From: Alphaproteobacteria bacterium
GTDB taxonomy: Bacteria > Pseudomonadota > Alphaproteobacteria > UBA828
Assembly (NCBI GenBank): GCA_965237415.1
Contig: CBDEFM010000002.1
Coordinates: 2,272,001-2,336,000 of the forward strand
Length of the DNA: 64,000 nucleotides
Reading direction: 5' to 3'
The notes beneath the pieces are model-generated. The model saw only the letters and a list, made by a program, of their open reading frames with translations, ran no database searches and was not told the origin of the DNA. This document shows positions 32,768 through 43,480 of the stretch, one piece after another (position 1 is the stretch's first letter; the number at the start of each line of letters is the position of its first letter). Made by a program: the position numbers and the translations under genes.

Positions 32768-33058
32768 TTGAATTTCTTGCTCGCCTGCACCCGGTGCGAC
32801 AAGTGCATCGAGGCCTGCGATTTCGGCGTGCTGTTCAGGCTGCCGACGGATCTGGGTGCGTATGCCCATTCGTGTCCGGTGCCGGGCGCGCTTGAGTGGG
32901 AAGGCGGGGTCAGGCCCGCCATCAACGAGGCGCGCTGCACGGGCTGCGCGATGTGCTGCGAAGCCTGCATCGTCGATCCCAAGGCGGTCGCGGTCTCCGC
33001 CCTCGTCCCCGACGAAGAGGACCAGGCGGCGGCTCGGACTCAGAACTCGATGATCTGA
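32768..33058 (+). pseudogene. 4Fe-4S dicluster ferredoxin fragment (NapG/MauM-like)
   Basis: CTRCDKCIEAC and CTGCAMCCEAC; no convincing start next to the IS. Confidence 0.65.
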
Positions 33059-33804
33059 CCGCGCGCGAGTTGCCGCGGCTGGCTGCGCCAAGATCGCGCG
33101 CCGACCTCGCGCATGATCGTCTCGTGGGTGCTGGGCTTCATGTGGGTGAGCAGGATTTCGGCCGGCCGTTCGAGCTTTTCGAGCTCTTCGGCCAACAGCT
33201 TCGGGCACAGATGACCGGACGCCTCGGCGATCCACTGCTGCTCGTCGCCGTACGAGGTCTCGACGATTAGGTGTTTGAGGTTTCCGATTTTGTTGACCGC
33301 GCGCCACAGCGAATCGCACGGGCCGGTATCGCCGCTGAACACCAGGCTCGCCCGGCCGCTGTCCAAGTGGTAGCCCACCGCCGGAACGGTATGCGCTACG
33401 GGCAGCGCGGTGAAGTGGCGGCCCTTCACCTCCATCGCCTCGCCGATCGCCAGCGTGGCGTAGCGCAAGAATGGCCGCTCGGGCGTGGGAATTCGCGTGA
33501 AATCCGGCCAGATTTCGTTGTTGAAGACGTGGCGGGCGAGGGCGTCGAGAGTCTCCGTCGTGCCATGCACCACCAGCGGCTCGGCCCGCGCCGCGATCGT
33601 TGCATCGATCAACATCGGCAAGAATCCAGTGTGATCGACGTGGGCGTGGGTAAGAAAGACGTCGGTAACCCGCGCGAGTTCGGCCGCCGCCAAATCGCCA
33701 ACGCCCGTGCCGCAATCGATTACCACGTCGTCATCGACGAGAAACGACGTGGTGCGAAGCTCACCGCCGATCCCGCCGTCGCAACCCAGACATCGAAATC
33801 GCAT
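33040..33804 (-). CDS. Metallo-beta-lactamase-fold cyclic nucleotide phosphodiesterase-like protein
   Basis: LGCDGG, THAHVDH, FSGDT, GHL, THMK. Confidence 0.85.
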   Translation of the reverse strand: MRFRCLGCDGGIGGELRTTSFLVDDDVVIDCGTGVGDLAAAELARVTDVFLTHAHVDHTGFLPMLIDATIAARAEPLVVHGTTETLDALARHVFNNEIWPDFTRIPTPERPFLRYATLAIGEAMEVKGRHFTALPVAHTVPAVGYHLDSGRASLVFSGDTGPCDSLWRAVNKIGNLKHLIVETSYGDEQQWIAEASGHLCPKLLAEELEKLERPAEILLTHMKPSTHETIMREVGARSWRSQPRQLARGQIIEF

Positions 33805-33880
33805 GCCGCGTCTCCGTGAGCGAGGGCCGCGGAAGTAACTACGCGGCGCTCAGGCGGTCGGCATTATGGCATATGGCGGT

Positions 33881-34747
33881 TTAGCCGCTGACGAGCCTTG
33901 CGCGAGCGTCCGCCGGCGCGCTTGAATCGCGGTCCGTTTGCTCTTGGTGGCGGCCGGACCTTTGTTCGTGGACGATGTCGGCGAGGATCGAGAGCGCGAT
34001 TTCTTCCGGCGTCACCGCCCCGATGTCGGCCCCGGCGGGCGAGCGGATTCGCGCGACCGCCGCCGGGTCCAACCCGTCGTCGAGTAGATCGCGTTTGAGT
34101 TGTGCGGCCTTCTTGCGGCTCGCGACGAGGGCGACGTAGGCCGATCCCGTGGCGTCGGCGAAACGAAGCGCCTCGCGGTCTCGCTTCCCCTGTGAGGCGA
34201 CGACGACGAAACTCGACGTTGGCCGGATGGCCTGTTCCGGATCGAAGCCCGCGATACGGTGGTCGCAATCGGGGAACAGATCCAGGTCTTCGGGCATGGC
34301 GGCAACGGTAACGGCGTAGCCGACGCGCTTGCCAAGATCGCACACCGCCCGTGCCACCTGGGACGCGCCGAGGACGATCAGCGACGGGCGCGGCAGCACC
34401 GGCTCGACGAAAATCTCGACCGTTCCCCCCGTTGCACAGTGGTTGTCGAAGTCTTCCGTCCGCTTTTCGCCGTCGATTTCGGTGACCGCGCCATCGTTTG
34501 GGCGGACCCTGATGAACCGGGCGCGGCCGTCGCTCAGCGTGCGCGACGCGGTCTTCTTCACCGCCCCCAGGGTGCATCCGCCACCGATCCAGCCCATCAC
34601 GCTGCCGTCGCCACCAACGACGGCCTTCGCCCCTTCGCGCGCCGAGGCGCCGCCGCTCACATGCACCACCGTCGCGACCGCGAAGGGTTGTCCGTCCCCC
34701 TTCATCCGCGCCATGCAATCGATGACGTCTTCGGGTTCCTTGGACAC
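33881..34747 (-). CDS. XdhC/CoxF-family molybdenum hydroxylase accessory protein
   Basis: GWIGGGC, CATGG, SPAGADIGAVTPEEIALSI; GTG start with SD GGAGG. Confidence 0.88.
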   Translation of the reverse strand: MSKEPEDVIDCMARMKGDGQPFAVATVVHVSGGASAREGAKAVVGGDGSVMGWIGGGCTLGAVKKTASRTLSDGRARFIRVRPNDGAVTEIDGEKRTEDFDNHCATGGTVEIFVEPVLPRPSLIVLGASQVARAVCDLGKRVGYAVTVAAMPEDLDLFPDCDHRIAGFDPEQAIRPTSSFVVVASQGKRDREALRFADATGSAYVALVASRKKAAQLKRDLLDDGLDPAAVARIRSPAGADIGAVTPEEIALSILADIVHEQRSGRHQEQTDRDSSAPADARARLVSG

Positions 34748-34782
34748 GCACCCTCCGTATGGCGAAGCGCCCGAGCCGCGAT

Positions 34783-37182
34783 CTATTTGTTGAGGCCCAG
34801 CTCGTTCAGCGTCTGCCAAACCCGCCACTGCGTGTGCGGCATCGGCATATGGGTCACGCCATGATGCGCGAACGCATCGACGATGGCGTTGGCGAATGCC
34901 GGGACGCCGCCGACGTTGGGCGATTCGCCGATGCCTTTGGCGCCGATCGGGTGATGGGGGCTCTCGGTGACGGTGAAGTCCGTCTCCCATTCCGGCGTCT
35001 CGACGGCGCTTGGCAGGAAATAGTCCATGAGGCTTGCGCCCAGGACGTTCCCGGTTTCGTCGTAGACGATCTCTTGGCCCAGGGCGATGGCGTAGGCCTC
35101 GGCGAGGCCGCCGTGAATCTGGCCCTCGATCACCATGGGGTTGATCCGGGTGCCGCAATCGTCGAGCGCGAAGAAGCGCCGCACCGCTACATCGCCGGTG
35201 AAGCGGTCGATATCGACGACGCAGATATAGGCGCCGAAGGGATAGGTGAAGTTGGGTGGATTGTAATAGTCGGTGGTCTCAAGGCCGTGTTCCATGCCGT
35301 CGGGGACATTGGAATAAGCGGCCATTGCGATGTCCTTCATGGTCATCGAAACGTCGGTCCCCGGGACCTGGAAGCGGTCGATCTCCCATTCCAGGTCGTT
35401 GGCGCTGACCTCCAGCACGTGGGCCGCGATCTTTTGCGCCTTGGCCTTGATCTTGCGCGCGGCGCGCGCCGTGGCGGCGCCGGCGACCGGCGTCGAGCGT
35501 GAGCCGTAGGTGCCGAGCCCGTAGGGCGCGGTATCGGTGTCACCTTCCTCGACCGTGATGTTGTCGGACGGGAGCCCGAGTTCGGTCGCGATGATCTGGG
35601 CGAACGTGGTTTCGTGGCTTTGACCCGTGGACTTGGTGCCCAGCCGCGCGATCACGCTGCCCGTCGGATGGACCCTGATCTCGCACGAATCGAACATCCC
35701 AAGTCCGACGATATCGCAGTTGCGCACCGGGCCGGCGCCGACGATCTCGGTGAAGGTGGAGACGCCGATGCCCATCAATTCGCCGCGCTCGCGTTTCTCC
35801 GCCTGCTCCGCGCGCAGGCCGGCGTAGTCGACGGCTTCCATGGCTTTCTTCAGCGCCGTCGGATAGTCGCCCGAATCGTATTCCCAGCCGAGGCACGAGT
35901 TGTACGGGAACTGGTCGGGCTGCACGAAGTTGCGGAGCCGGATCTCGGCCTTATCGACGCCGGTTTTCTGGGCCAGGATGTCGATCAAGCGTTCGATCAG
36001 GTAGGCCGCCTCGGTGACCCGGAACGAACAGCGGTACGCCACGCCGCCGGGCGCCTTGTTGGTGTAGACGCCGTCGACTTTTACGTGGCCCACGGGGATG
36101 TCGTAGCTTCCGGTCACGATATTGAACAGCCCGGCGGGCCACTTCATCGGCTGTGCGTGCGTATTGAAGGCGCCGTGATCGGCGAGCACGTTGACCCGGA
36201 CCGCCTTGATCTTGCCGTCCTTGTCGGCCGCCAGCTCTCCCGTCATGTGATAGTCGCGGGCGAAGGCGGTGGTGGATAGATTGTCGATCCGGCTCTCGAC
36301 CCACTTGACCGGATGGCCGGTGACGATCGAGGCCGCCGCCGCGCAGATATAGCCCGGATAGGCGCCGACCTTGTTGCCGAAACCGCCGCCGATATCGGGC
36401 GAGACAATGCGGATGTTGCTTTCCGTCAGGCCGGTTATCAGCGAGACCACGGTGCGCACGACGTGGGGCGCCTGGAAGGTGCCATAGACCGTGAGCTTGC
36501 CGTTCACCGCGTCCATATCGGCGACGCAACAACACGTCTCCAAGGGCGCCGGGTGGCAGCGCGGATAGGCGATCTCTTCCTTGATGGTGACCGCGGCGGC
36601 CTCGAAGGCGGCGTCGGTCGCATCCTTGTCGCCGACCTGCCACTCGAAAATGTGGTTCGGGTGGTGGCGCTTCCCCTGGCCGACCTCGTCGTTTTCCGCG
36701 ACGTCATCGCGAATCACGGGCGCATCGTCGTCGAGCGCCGTCTTGGGATCGATGAGGGGCGGCAAAGCCTCGTACTCGACCTCGACCTTTTGTACGCCGT
36801 CGGTCGCCGCGTAGCGGTCGGTCGCGACGACGAACGCGATTTCCTGATTCTGAAAATGCACCTTCTTGTCGGCCAGGACGGCGGCCATGTCCCCGGCCAA
36901 GGTCGGCATCCAATGCAGGCTCAAAGGCTCCAGTTCTTTGGCCGTCACGACGGCAAGAACGCCGGGGACTTTCAGCGCCGCTTCGGTGTCGATTGATTTG
37001 ATTAGCGCGTGGGCATGGGAGCTGCGCACGAAATCCCCGTGCAACATGCCTTTCAGCTTTATGTCGTCGACGTAGTTGCCTTTGCCCCGAATAAAGCGGG
37101 CATCCTCTTTGCGCTTGCGCGCGGTCCCGATGCCGCCAATCGATGCCTCGCGCTCTTCCAGCGTCATTGCCTCGCTCATCAC
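34783..37182 (-). CDS. coxL: Aerobic CO dehydrogenase large subunit, form I
   Basis: Form I active-site loop AYRCSFR; GGGFGNK; 799 aa. Confidence 0.96.
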   Translation of the reverse strand: MMSEAMTLEEREASIGGIGTARKRKEDARFIRGKGNYVDDIKLKGMLHGDFVRSSHAHALIKSIDTEAALKVPGVLAVVTAKELEPLSLHWMPTLAGDMAAVLADKKVHFQNQEIAFVVATDRYAATDGVQKVEVEYEALPPLIDPKTALDDDAPVIRDDVAENDEVGQGKRHHPNHIFEWQVGDKDATDAAFEAAAVTIKEEIAYPRCHPAPLETCCCVADMDAVNGKLTVYGTFQAPHVVRTVVSLITGLTESNIRIVSPDIGGGFGNKVGAYPGYICAAAASIVTGHPVKWVESRIDNLSTTAFARDYHMTGELAADKDGKIKAVRVNVLADHGAFNTHAQPMKWPAGLFNIVTGSYDIPVGHVKVDGVYTNKAPGGVAYRCSFRVTEAAYLIERLIDILAQKTGVDKAEIRLRNFVQPDQFPYNSCLGWEYDSGDYPTALKKAMEAVDYAGLRAEQAEKRERGELMGIGVSTFTEIVGAGPVRNCDIVGLGMFDSCEIRVHPTGSVIARLGTKSTGQSHETTFAQIIATELGLPSDNITVEEGDTDTAPYGLGTYGSRSTPVAGAATARAARKIKAKAQKIAAHVLEVSANDLEWEIDRFQVPGTDVSMTMKDIAMAAYSNVPDGMEHGLETTDYYNPPNFTYPFGAYICVVDIDRFTGDVAVRRFFALDDCGTRINPMVIEGQIHGGLAEAYAIALGQEIVYDETGNVLGASLMDYFLPSAVETPEWETDFTVTESPHHPIGAKGIGESPNVGGVPAFANAIVDAFAHHGVTHMPMPHTQWRVWQTLNELGLNK

Positions 37183-37667
37183 TCAGCTCCCTCGGCCTGA
37201 TTCAGCGTGTCCGCGGCGGATCGAATCGCCTTGACGATGTTCTGGTATCCCGTACAGCGGCACAGGTTTCCGGAAATGCCGACGCGGATTTCCTCGTCGG
37301 TCGGGTTTGGGTTCTCCTGCAAAAGCCGATAGGCGCGCGTCAGCATGCCCGGCGTGCAGTAACCGCACTGAAGCCCATGGCTGTCGGCGAAGCTTTGCTG
37401 GAGCGGGTGGAGCTCCGCGCCGTTGGCAAGTCCCTCGACGGTCAACAGCTCGCCACCGGCCGCCTGCACGGCGAATACGGTGCAGGCCTTGACCGACCTG
37501 CCGTTGAGATCGACCGTACAGGCGCCGCAATGGCTGGTCTCGCAACCGATGTGGGGGCCGGTGATGCTGAGGTCTTCGCGCAGGAAATGAATGAGCAGCG
37601 TCCGTGGCTCGACCTCGGCCTCGACCGCGGCGCCATTGATTGTCAGCGCTATCTTCGATTTCGACAT
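37179..37667 (-). CDS. coxS: CO dehydrogenase small (2Fe-2S) subunit
   Basis: [28 protein letters not shown]. Confidence 0.95.
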   Translation of the reverse strand: MSKSKIALTINGAAVEAEVEPRTLLIHFLREDLSITGPHIGCETSHCGACTVDLNGRSVKACTVFAVQAAGGELLTVEGLANGAELHPLQQSFADSHGLQCGYCTPGMLTRAYRLLQENPNPTDEEIRVGISGNLCRCTGYQNIVKAIRSAADTLNQAEGAE

Positions 37668-37670
37668 GGC

Positions 37671-38540
37671 CTAGCTCCCCCCCGCGCGGCTCAGAGCCTC
37701 ACGAATGGCCCGAGCGGTCATCTGTCCCGCCATCGCCCTCCGGTATTCGACCGGGCCCCGCAGATCTTCGGCCGGGCTGCAATCGGCCATTGCCGCTTCG
37801 GCAGCCGCCTTGGTCGCGTTGGCATCCACGGGCGTCCCCGTGATCGCGTCGGCCGCCGCCGCCGACAACAGGGCGGTATCGCCGACGTTGGTCAAAGCGA
37901 TGGCGGCGTCGGTGCATTTGCCTCCGGCCATGGACAACGTCACGGCCGCCGCCGCAATGGCGTAGTCGCCGACCTTGCGCTTTAATTTTTGATAGGACAT
38001 GCCGGTGCCCGCGGCGGGGACCGGGATTCGAATCTCGGTCAGCAGCTCGTTCTCGTCCAATGCGGTGTCGTAGACGCCTTGGTAGAACGCCCTGGCGGCG
38101 ATTTGCCGCGACCCATCCGCGCTCTTGAGCGCGAAACTCGCGTCGAGCGCCATCATCACCGCCGGATAGTCGTTGCCGGGGTCTCCGTTGGCGCAGTTGC
38201 CGCCGACGGTGCCACAGTTGCGCACCTGGGGGTCGCCGATCTGGGCCGCCGCCTCGGGCACGAGGGGGCACTTGCCGGCCAAGAGGTCGGAGGCCAGAAC
38301 CTCGGCTTGGGTCGTCCCCGCGGCGATCACGATCGCGTCCCCGTCCTCGCGGATGCCGCGCAACTCGGCGATGCCGTTGATGTCGATCAGATGCGCCGGC
38401 TCCGCCAGGCGCAGCTTCATCATCGGGATCAGGCTATGGCCACCGGCCAGCACTTTGCCCTCGCCGCCGAATCGGCCAATAAGCTCCAGCGCCTGGCCAA
38501 CGGTATTGGGGCGATAGTATTCGAATACACCCGGCGTCAT
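37671..38540 (-). CDS. coxM: CO dehydrogenase medium (FAD) subunit
   Basis: LAGGHSLIPMMKLRLA, QVRNCGTVGGN. Confidence 0.95.
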   Translation of the reverse strand: MTPGVFEYYRPNTVGQALELIGRFGGEGKVLAGGHSLIPMMKLRLAEPAHLIDINGIAELRGIREDGDAIVIAAGTTQAEVLASDLLAGKCPLVPEAAAQIGDPQVRNCGTVGGNCANGDPGNDYPAVMMALDASFALKSADGSRQIAARAFYQGVYDTALDENELLTEIRIPVPAAGTGMSYQKLKRKVGDYAIAAAAVTLSMAGGKCTDAAIALTNVGDTALLSAAAADAITGTPVDANATKAAAEAAMADCSPAEDLRGPVEYRRAMAGQMTARAIREALSRAGGS

Positions 38541-38708
38541 GATCGCCTCCCAAAGGCTGTGCGTCGATTCGTGGGCTCGCGGCCGCGGCACACCGTGCCG
38601 CTTCGCCCATTCGACCTTGTTTATGCCGTTATTTTACGCCCGCCCGCCGCCGCGGATCAAACCCAATCCGTCTGGCGGCCCTCAAGGCGCCGTCACGGCG
38701 GGCGGCGT

Positions 38709-39466
38709 TCAGTGCGCCATCAGCACGGGCACCGTCGTATGGCCGAGGACGTGGTGGGTGGCGCCGCCGAACGCGACCTCGCGCAGCCGCGAGTGCCCGT
38801 ACGCCCCCATGACCACCAGGTCCGCCCCGCACATGTCGGCGGCCTCGACCAACGCATCGCCTACGTGAGCGTCCGGCGCGACCTCGTGATGTCCCTGGGC
38901 CCTGACCCCATGGCGCGACAGGTAAGTCAAGAACTCGCTGGTGGCAAACCCACCCATCTTCGGCGCGTGTACGGTGACGACGGTGACCTCATCCGCCTTC
39001 TCCAGGATGGGCAGGGAATCGGCGACGGCCCTCGATGCCTCCCTCGTCTGGGTCCACGCGACCAAGACGTGCTTGCCCACCACCGATAGTCCGTTGCAAT
39101 CGCGTACGACCACCACCGGTTTCCCGGATGCGATTACAAGCTCCTCGGCGAGACTGGGGCCCGACATGCGCGAGCCTTGGGAATGTCCCGCGATGACGAC
39201 ATCGGTCAACTGGGCGTGCAGCGCCATGATCGTGTGCGGCTCGCCGAAGTAGCCACAGAAATCGGCATCGATGCCGGCATCCGCGGTCCGTTTTACGGAA
39301 CGCCTCCTCGGGCGCCGCCAGGGCCTTCTCGCGGTCGTCGGCCAGGTGAGAAGGAAACGTGTAGTTGGCCGTGATATGGGCATCGTGCGCCTTGGCCAGC
39401 GCGATCGCGATGCCCATGCGCGTCTCGCTCTGCGGGCTCTCGTCCAGATGGACGAGGATGTCCTTA
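38709..39466 (-). pseudogene. Universal stress protein, frameshifted and N-terminally cut by IS1380 B
   Basis: KDILVHLD N-terminus in one frame and DLVVMGAYGHSRLRE..GGAT in another. Confidence 0.85.
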
Positions 39467-39639
39467 ACCCGAACTATTCAGTGCGCCGTGGAAAGGCGCC
39501 GTCCCTCAGCGGGTGCGAACCCCGCCCGGCAACAGTCGCTCCAGCCGGTAGCAATCGGAGCGGTTGAAGGAGGCAACGACTTCGACTGAAGCACTTCGGT
39601 GTAACGGGCCGCCCTGGGCGGCTCAGCGACCATGCGGGC

Positions 39640-41552
39640 GTGTGCCAGGCTAACTGGCAGAGGATAGCCGGTGAGAGTCCGGTAGGGAGTAGAGGTTAAC
39701 CACCACTCTCGCCCCGAGTCATGCGCCGGTCGTCGCGAGGCGGCAGGTGAAGCGTTGACAGGGGTGCGGATGGGCAGGGCAACGGAGCATCGAAAGGTTG
39801 CTTGTCTGGAGAGCCGAGACTGTGCCTGCGGTCGAAGGCAACACCGACATCGCCGATATGGTGAGGGGATGTTGGGCTCCACGGTGTCGAAGAACCCATG
39901 CACGTTCGTACGTCCTCATTGCCGGGACCTGGGAGGTCTCCATTTTGCCCCGAAGTCGTAACGGGGCCGCAAAGGAAAGGATGTATCCGTAACCGATGAC
40001 GTACGGAATGGAGAAGTCGGATGAGGGAATAGTACCGATGAAAGCGACGAACAAGGGCGCGCAAGCGCCTGCGGAGTCGCCGGAGGGAAGTGCCTCAACC
40101 AAGGGGAATCTGCGAGATCAAAGCACGTGCCGGACGCAGTGTCGGGAAAGCGTGTCACAGGCGGTCGCGTGGATACGGCAGGCTGTAACGAGGAAACCGC
40201 AGGAGAAACTCACTGCGCTGCTACACCATGTCACGATAGATGCCCTGACGTGGGCGTTCTTCGAGTTGAAGAAGGACGCCTCGGCGGGGGTGGATGGGAT
40301 GACGTGGGGAGAGTACGAGGACGGGCTGGAAGAGCGGCTGCTCGACCTTCACGGACGCGTGCACTCGGGAGCGTATCGGGCGCGGCCATCCCGGCGGGTC
40401 GAAATACCCAAACCGGATGGCGGGACACGACCGCTCGGCATTGCCGCACTGGAAGACAAGATTGTCCAGAAAGCGGTGGTGGAAGTTATCCTGACGCCAA
40501 TTTACGAGCCGGATTTTCTCGGGTTCAGCTATGGGTTCCGACCGGGGCGTGGGGCGCACGACGCGCTTGATGCTCTGGCCTTCGGGATAGAACGGCGCAA
40601 GGTCAACTGGATAGTGGACTGTGACATCCGCGGATTTTTCGACAATGTCTCTCGGGACTGGCTGGTCCGGTTCCTTGAGGATCGCATCGGAGACAAGCGG
40701 GTCATCAGGCTGTTCGCCAAATGGCTGAATGCCGGCGTCATGGAAGATGGCGAGTGGCGGGATAACTTGCGAGGAACGCCTCAGGGCGCGGTGGCTTCAC
40801 CGATTCTCGCGAACATCTACCTGCACTACGTACTCGACCTCTGGTTCCAGAGGGAATGGCGCACCCGTGTGGCCACGGGGGAAACAATCATCGTGCGGTA
40901 TGCTGATGACTTCGTGGTCGGGTTCCAGCGCAAACAGGACGCGGAGCGGTTTCTCCACGATCTCAAGGAAAGGCTGGGCCAGTTTGAGCTTGAGTTGCAT
41001 CCAGACAAGACCCGACTCATCGAGTTTGGCAGGTTCGCGATGGCGGACCGCCGGGCACGAGGGGAACGGCGACCGGAGACCTTCGATTTCCTTGGATTCA
41101 CGCACTATTGCAGGAAGAAGAGGAACGGGAAATTCGGACTGGGGCGCAAGCCGATAGCGAAGCGGGTCACGCGGACCCTGAATCGGATCAAAGGGGAGCT
41201 CCGTAAGCGGATGCACGAAGATGTCCACGAAACCGCGCGCTGGCTGGGTCAGGTGGTCAATGGATGGCTGAACTATTTCGCCGTCCCGACCAGCAGCTCG
41301 GCCGCAAGGGGGTTTGTGCGGCGGCTCTCATGGATCTGGGTGAATGTCCTGCGAAGACGGTCACAGAAGGACCGGACCACGATCGCCGATGTCGTGCGCA
41401 TTGCCGCATTGCATTGGCCACCCGTCCAGGTTCGGCACCCTTGGCCGACGGTGCGTTTTGCCGTCAAACACCCGAGGTAGGAGCCCCGTGCCCCACCGGG
41501 CATGCGGGGATCTGAGCGGGGGGAGCGGGGTAACCCGCTTCCCTACCGCGAC
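39640..41552 (+). mobile_element. Group II intron (inner), copy 1, nested in domain I of the outer intron
   Basis: 5' GTGTG; domain V GAGCCCCGTG...CATGCGGGGATC; domain VI ending CTACCGCGAC. Confidence 0.9.
39996..41480 (+). CDS. ltrA: Intron-encoded RT/maturase (inner, no endonuclease domain)
   Basis: RPLGIAALEDKIVQ, GTPQG, RYADD, FDFLGF; true start may be further downstream. Confidence 0.93.
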   Translation: MTYGMEKSDEGIVPMKATNKGAQAPAESPEGSASTKGNLRDQSTCRTQCRESVSQAVAWIRQAVTRKPQEKLTALLHHVTIDALTWAFFELKKDASAGVDGMTWGEYEDGLEERLLDLHGRVHSGAYRARPSRRVEIPKPDGGTRPLGIAALEDKIVQKAVVEVILTPIYEPDFLGFSYGFRPGRGAHDALDALAFGIERRKVNWIVDCDIRGFFDNVSRDWLVRFLEDRIGDKRVIRLFAKWLNAGVMEDGEWRDNLRGTPQGAVASPILANIYLHYVLDLWFQREWRTRVATGETIIVRYADDFVVGFQRKQDAERFLHDLKERLGQFELELHPDKTRLIEFGRFAMADRRARGERRPETFDFLGFTHYCRKKRNGKFGLGRKPIAKRVTRTLNRIKGELRKRMHEDVHETARWLGQVVNGWLNYFAVPTSSSAARGFVRRLSWIWVNVLRRRSQKDRTTIADVVRIAALHWPPVQVRHPWPTVRFAVKHPR

Positions 41553-41681
41553 CGCAACGCGAGTGAACGCCGAGCAGGCCTCGAAACGGGCAACGCGGAG
41601 GCCGACCCGCCTGAATAACGGGGAAGGCTGCCATCGGTCGGGAAGAGGGCGACGCGCGCACCGACCGGCTCCGCCGGGGTA

Positions 41682-43223
41682 GTGGCGGCGGCACGCATGG
41701 AAGAGGGGGACGGTGGCAACACGGGAAGCCCTGTCGGTGGTGTGTACGCACCAACCGGAACCCCGCGAGGGGCAGGCCGGGCCGGCAGGGTGGCGGAGGG
41801 GCTTGTATTACCGCGGATGCCGGGTAACGCCGGCGGAGGGAAGGAGCCCTGGTTCGAGAGCGATACGGGAAGGATGAAAGGCGTGACCACTGGCGAGAGC
41901 CTACCAGGGTCAGAGAAGGTCCGGAAACTCCAGACCGTGTTACATGCGAAAGCCAAGGAAGAACCCGGCCGGCGTTTCCACGCACTGATCGACAAGGTGT
42001 GGCGCGAGGACTTTCTCGCGGAAGCCTGGAGGCGGGTCCGCCGCAACGGCGGCTCCGCCGGGGTGGACGGAGAGACCTTCGCGGACATCGAGTCATACGG
42101 CGTGGGGCGCTGGCTTGGGGAACTGGCGCGGGATCTGAAGGACGGGACCAACACACCGAAGCCGGTGCGGCAGGTTCTGATCCCGAAGAAGCAGCCCGGC
42201 AAGTTCCGGCCATTGGGCATTCCCTGCATACGGGACCGGGTGGCGCAGACATCGGCCTTGCTCGTGCTTGAGCCGATATTCGAAGCCGACCTGCAACCGG
42301 AGCAGTACGCCTACAGGCCGGAGCGGAGCGCCCATGACGCGGTAAGACGCGTTCACAGCCTCCTGAACAGGGGGCATAACGAGGTGGTCGATTGCGATCT
42401 GTCCAACTACTTCGGCGAGATTCCGCATGCTGAGCTCCTAAAGAGCCTCGCCCGGCGCATCAGCGACGGGCGGATGCTACGGCTCGTCAAGGCGTGGCTG
42501 GAAATGCCGGTGGAGGAGGACGACGGCAAGGGCGGCAAACGCCGCACGAACCGGGCGCGGAGGGAGCGGAAAGGGACCCCGCAGGGGTCGCCGATCTCGC
42601 CCCTGGCCAGCAACCTCTACATGCGGCGCTTCATACTGGGCTGGACGGCGCTGGGCCATGCCCGGCGCTTCCGTGCGGAGATCGTGAACTACGCCGATGA
42701 CTTCTGTGTGCTCGGCAAGGCCCCGGCGGCGGAGATGCTGACGGCGGTCGAGCGGCTCGTGGCGGGTCTGAAGCTGACGGTCAACGAACGGAAAACCCGA
42801 TGCCTGCGGTGCCCGGAGGAACCCCTGGAGTTCCTGGGCTACCGCATTGGACGCAACTACCGTCCTTACGGGAAAGGGGCCTACATCGGCACCCGCCCCG
42901 GCAAGGCAAGCGTCCAGAGCATCTGCCGCAGGATCAGCGACATGACGGCGCGAGGGTGGAGCTGGCAGTCGCCGGAGGCGATGGTGGAAAGCCTGAACCG
43001 GACTATGACCGGATGGGCGAACTACTTCAGCCTCGGGCAGGTCAGCCCGGCCTACAGCGCGGTCAACCGACACGCGGTCCGGCGGCTGCGCCGGTGGCTC
43101 TGCCTCAAGCACAAGGTGAGGACCGGGAAATACGTGCGCTTTCCGGACACGAGGCTACGCGATGACTACGGCCTCGCTCGCCTGTCGCCACGGGCCATGG
43201 GTCTTTCGAACGCGAAGGCATGA
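41682..43223 (+). CDS. ltrA: Intron-encoded RT/maturase (outer, no endonuclease domain)
   Basis: RPLGIPCIRDRVAQ, GTPQG, NYADD, FLGY; real start probably near 41874. Confidence 0.93.
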   Translation: MAAARMEEGDGGNTGSPVGGVYAPTGTPRGAGRAGRVAEGLVLPRMPGNAGGGKEPWFESDTGRMKGVTTGESLPGSEKVRKLQTVLHAKAKEEPGRRFHALIDKVWREDFLAEAWRRVRRNGGSAGVDGETFADIESYGVGRWLGELARDLKDGTNTPKPVRQVLIPKKQPGKFRPLGIPCIRDRVAQTSALLVLEPIFEADLQPEQYAYRPERSAHDAVRRVHSLLNRGHNEVVDCDLSNYFGEIPHAELLKSLARRISDGRMLRLVKAWLEMPVEEDDGKGGKRRTNRARRERKGTPQGSPISPLASNLYMRRFILGWTALGHARRFRAEIVNYADDFCVLGKAPAAEMLTAVERLVAGLKLTVNERKTRCLRCPEEPLEFLGYRIGRNYRPYGKGAYIGTRPGKASVQSICRRISDMTARGWSWQSPEAMVESLNRTMTGWANYFSLGQVSPAYSAVNRHAVRRLRRWLCLKHKVRTGKYVRFPDTRLRDDYGLARLSPRAMGLSNAKA

Positions 43224-43231
43224 TCTCGTCC

Positions 43232-43268
<37 letters not shown>

Positions 43269-43480
43269 TGAGCGGGGACTGGAAACGCGGCCATGGGAGC
43301 CGGACTGAGGCCCGGAGCGAAAGCGACGGACAAGCCACCGGACCCTGACGCTGGCGCGCCAGTCCTCGACTCTACCGACACGCTGTAAAAGGGTTGGTGA
43401 GCATGGATTAACCTGTTGAGATTCCGTATGATTTTGGTGTTGAAACAAGATCACATGGCAACAGGAATTTCCAACTCACC

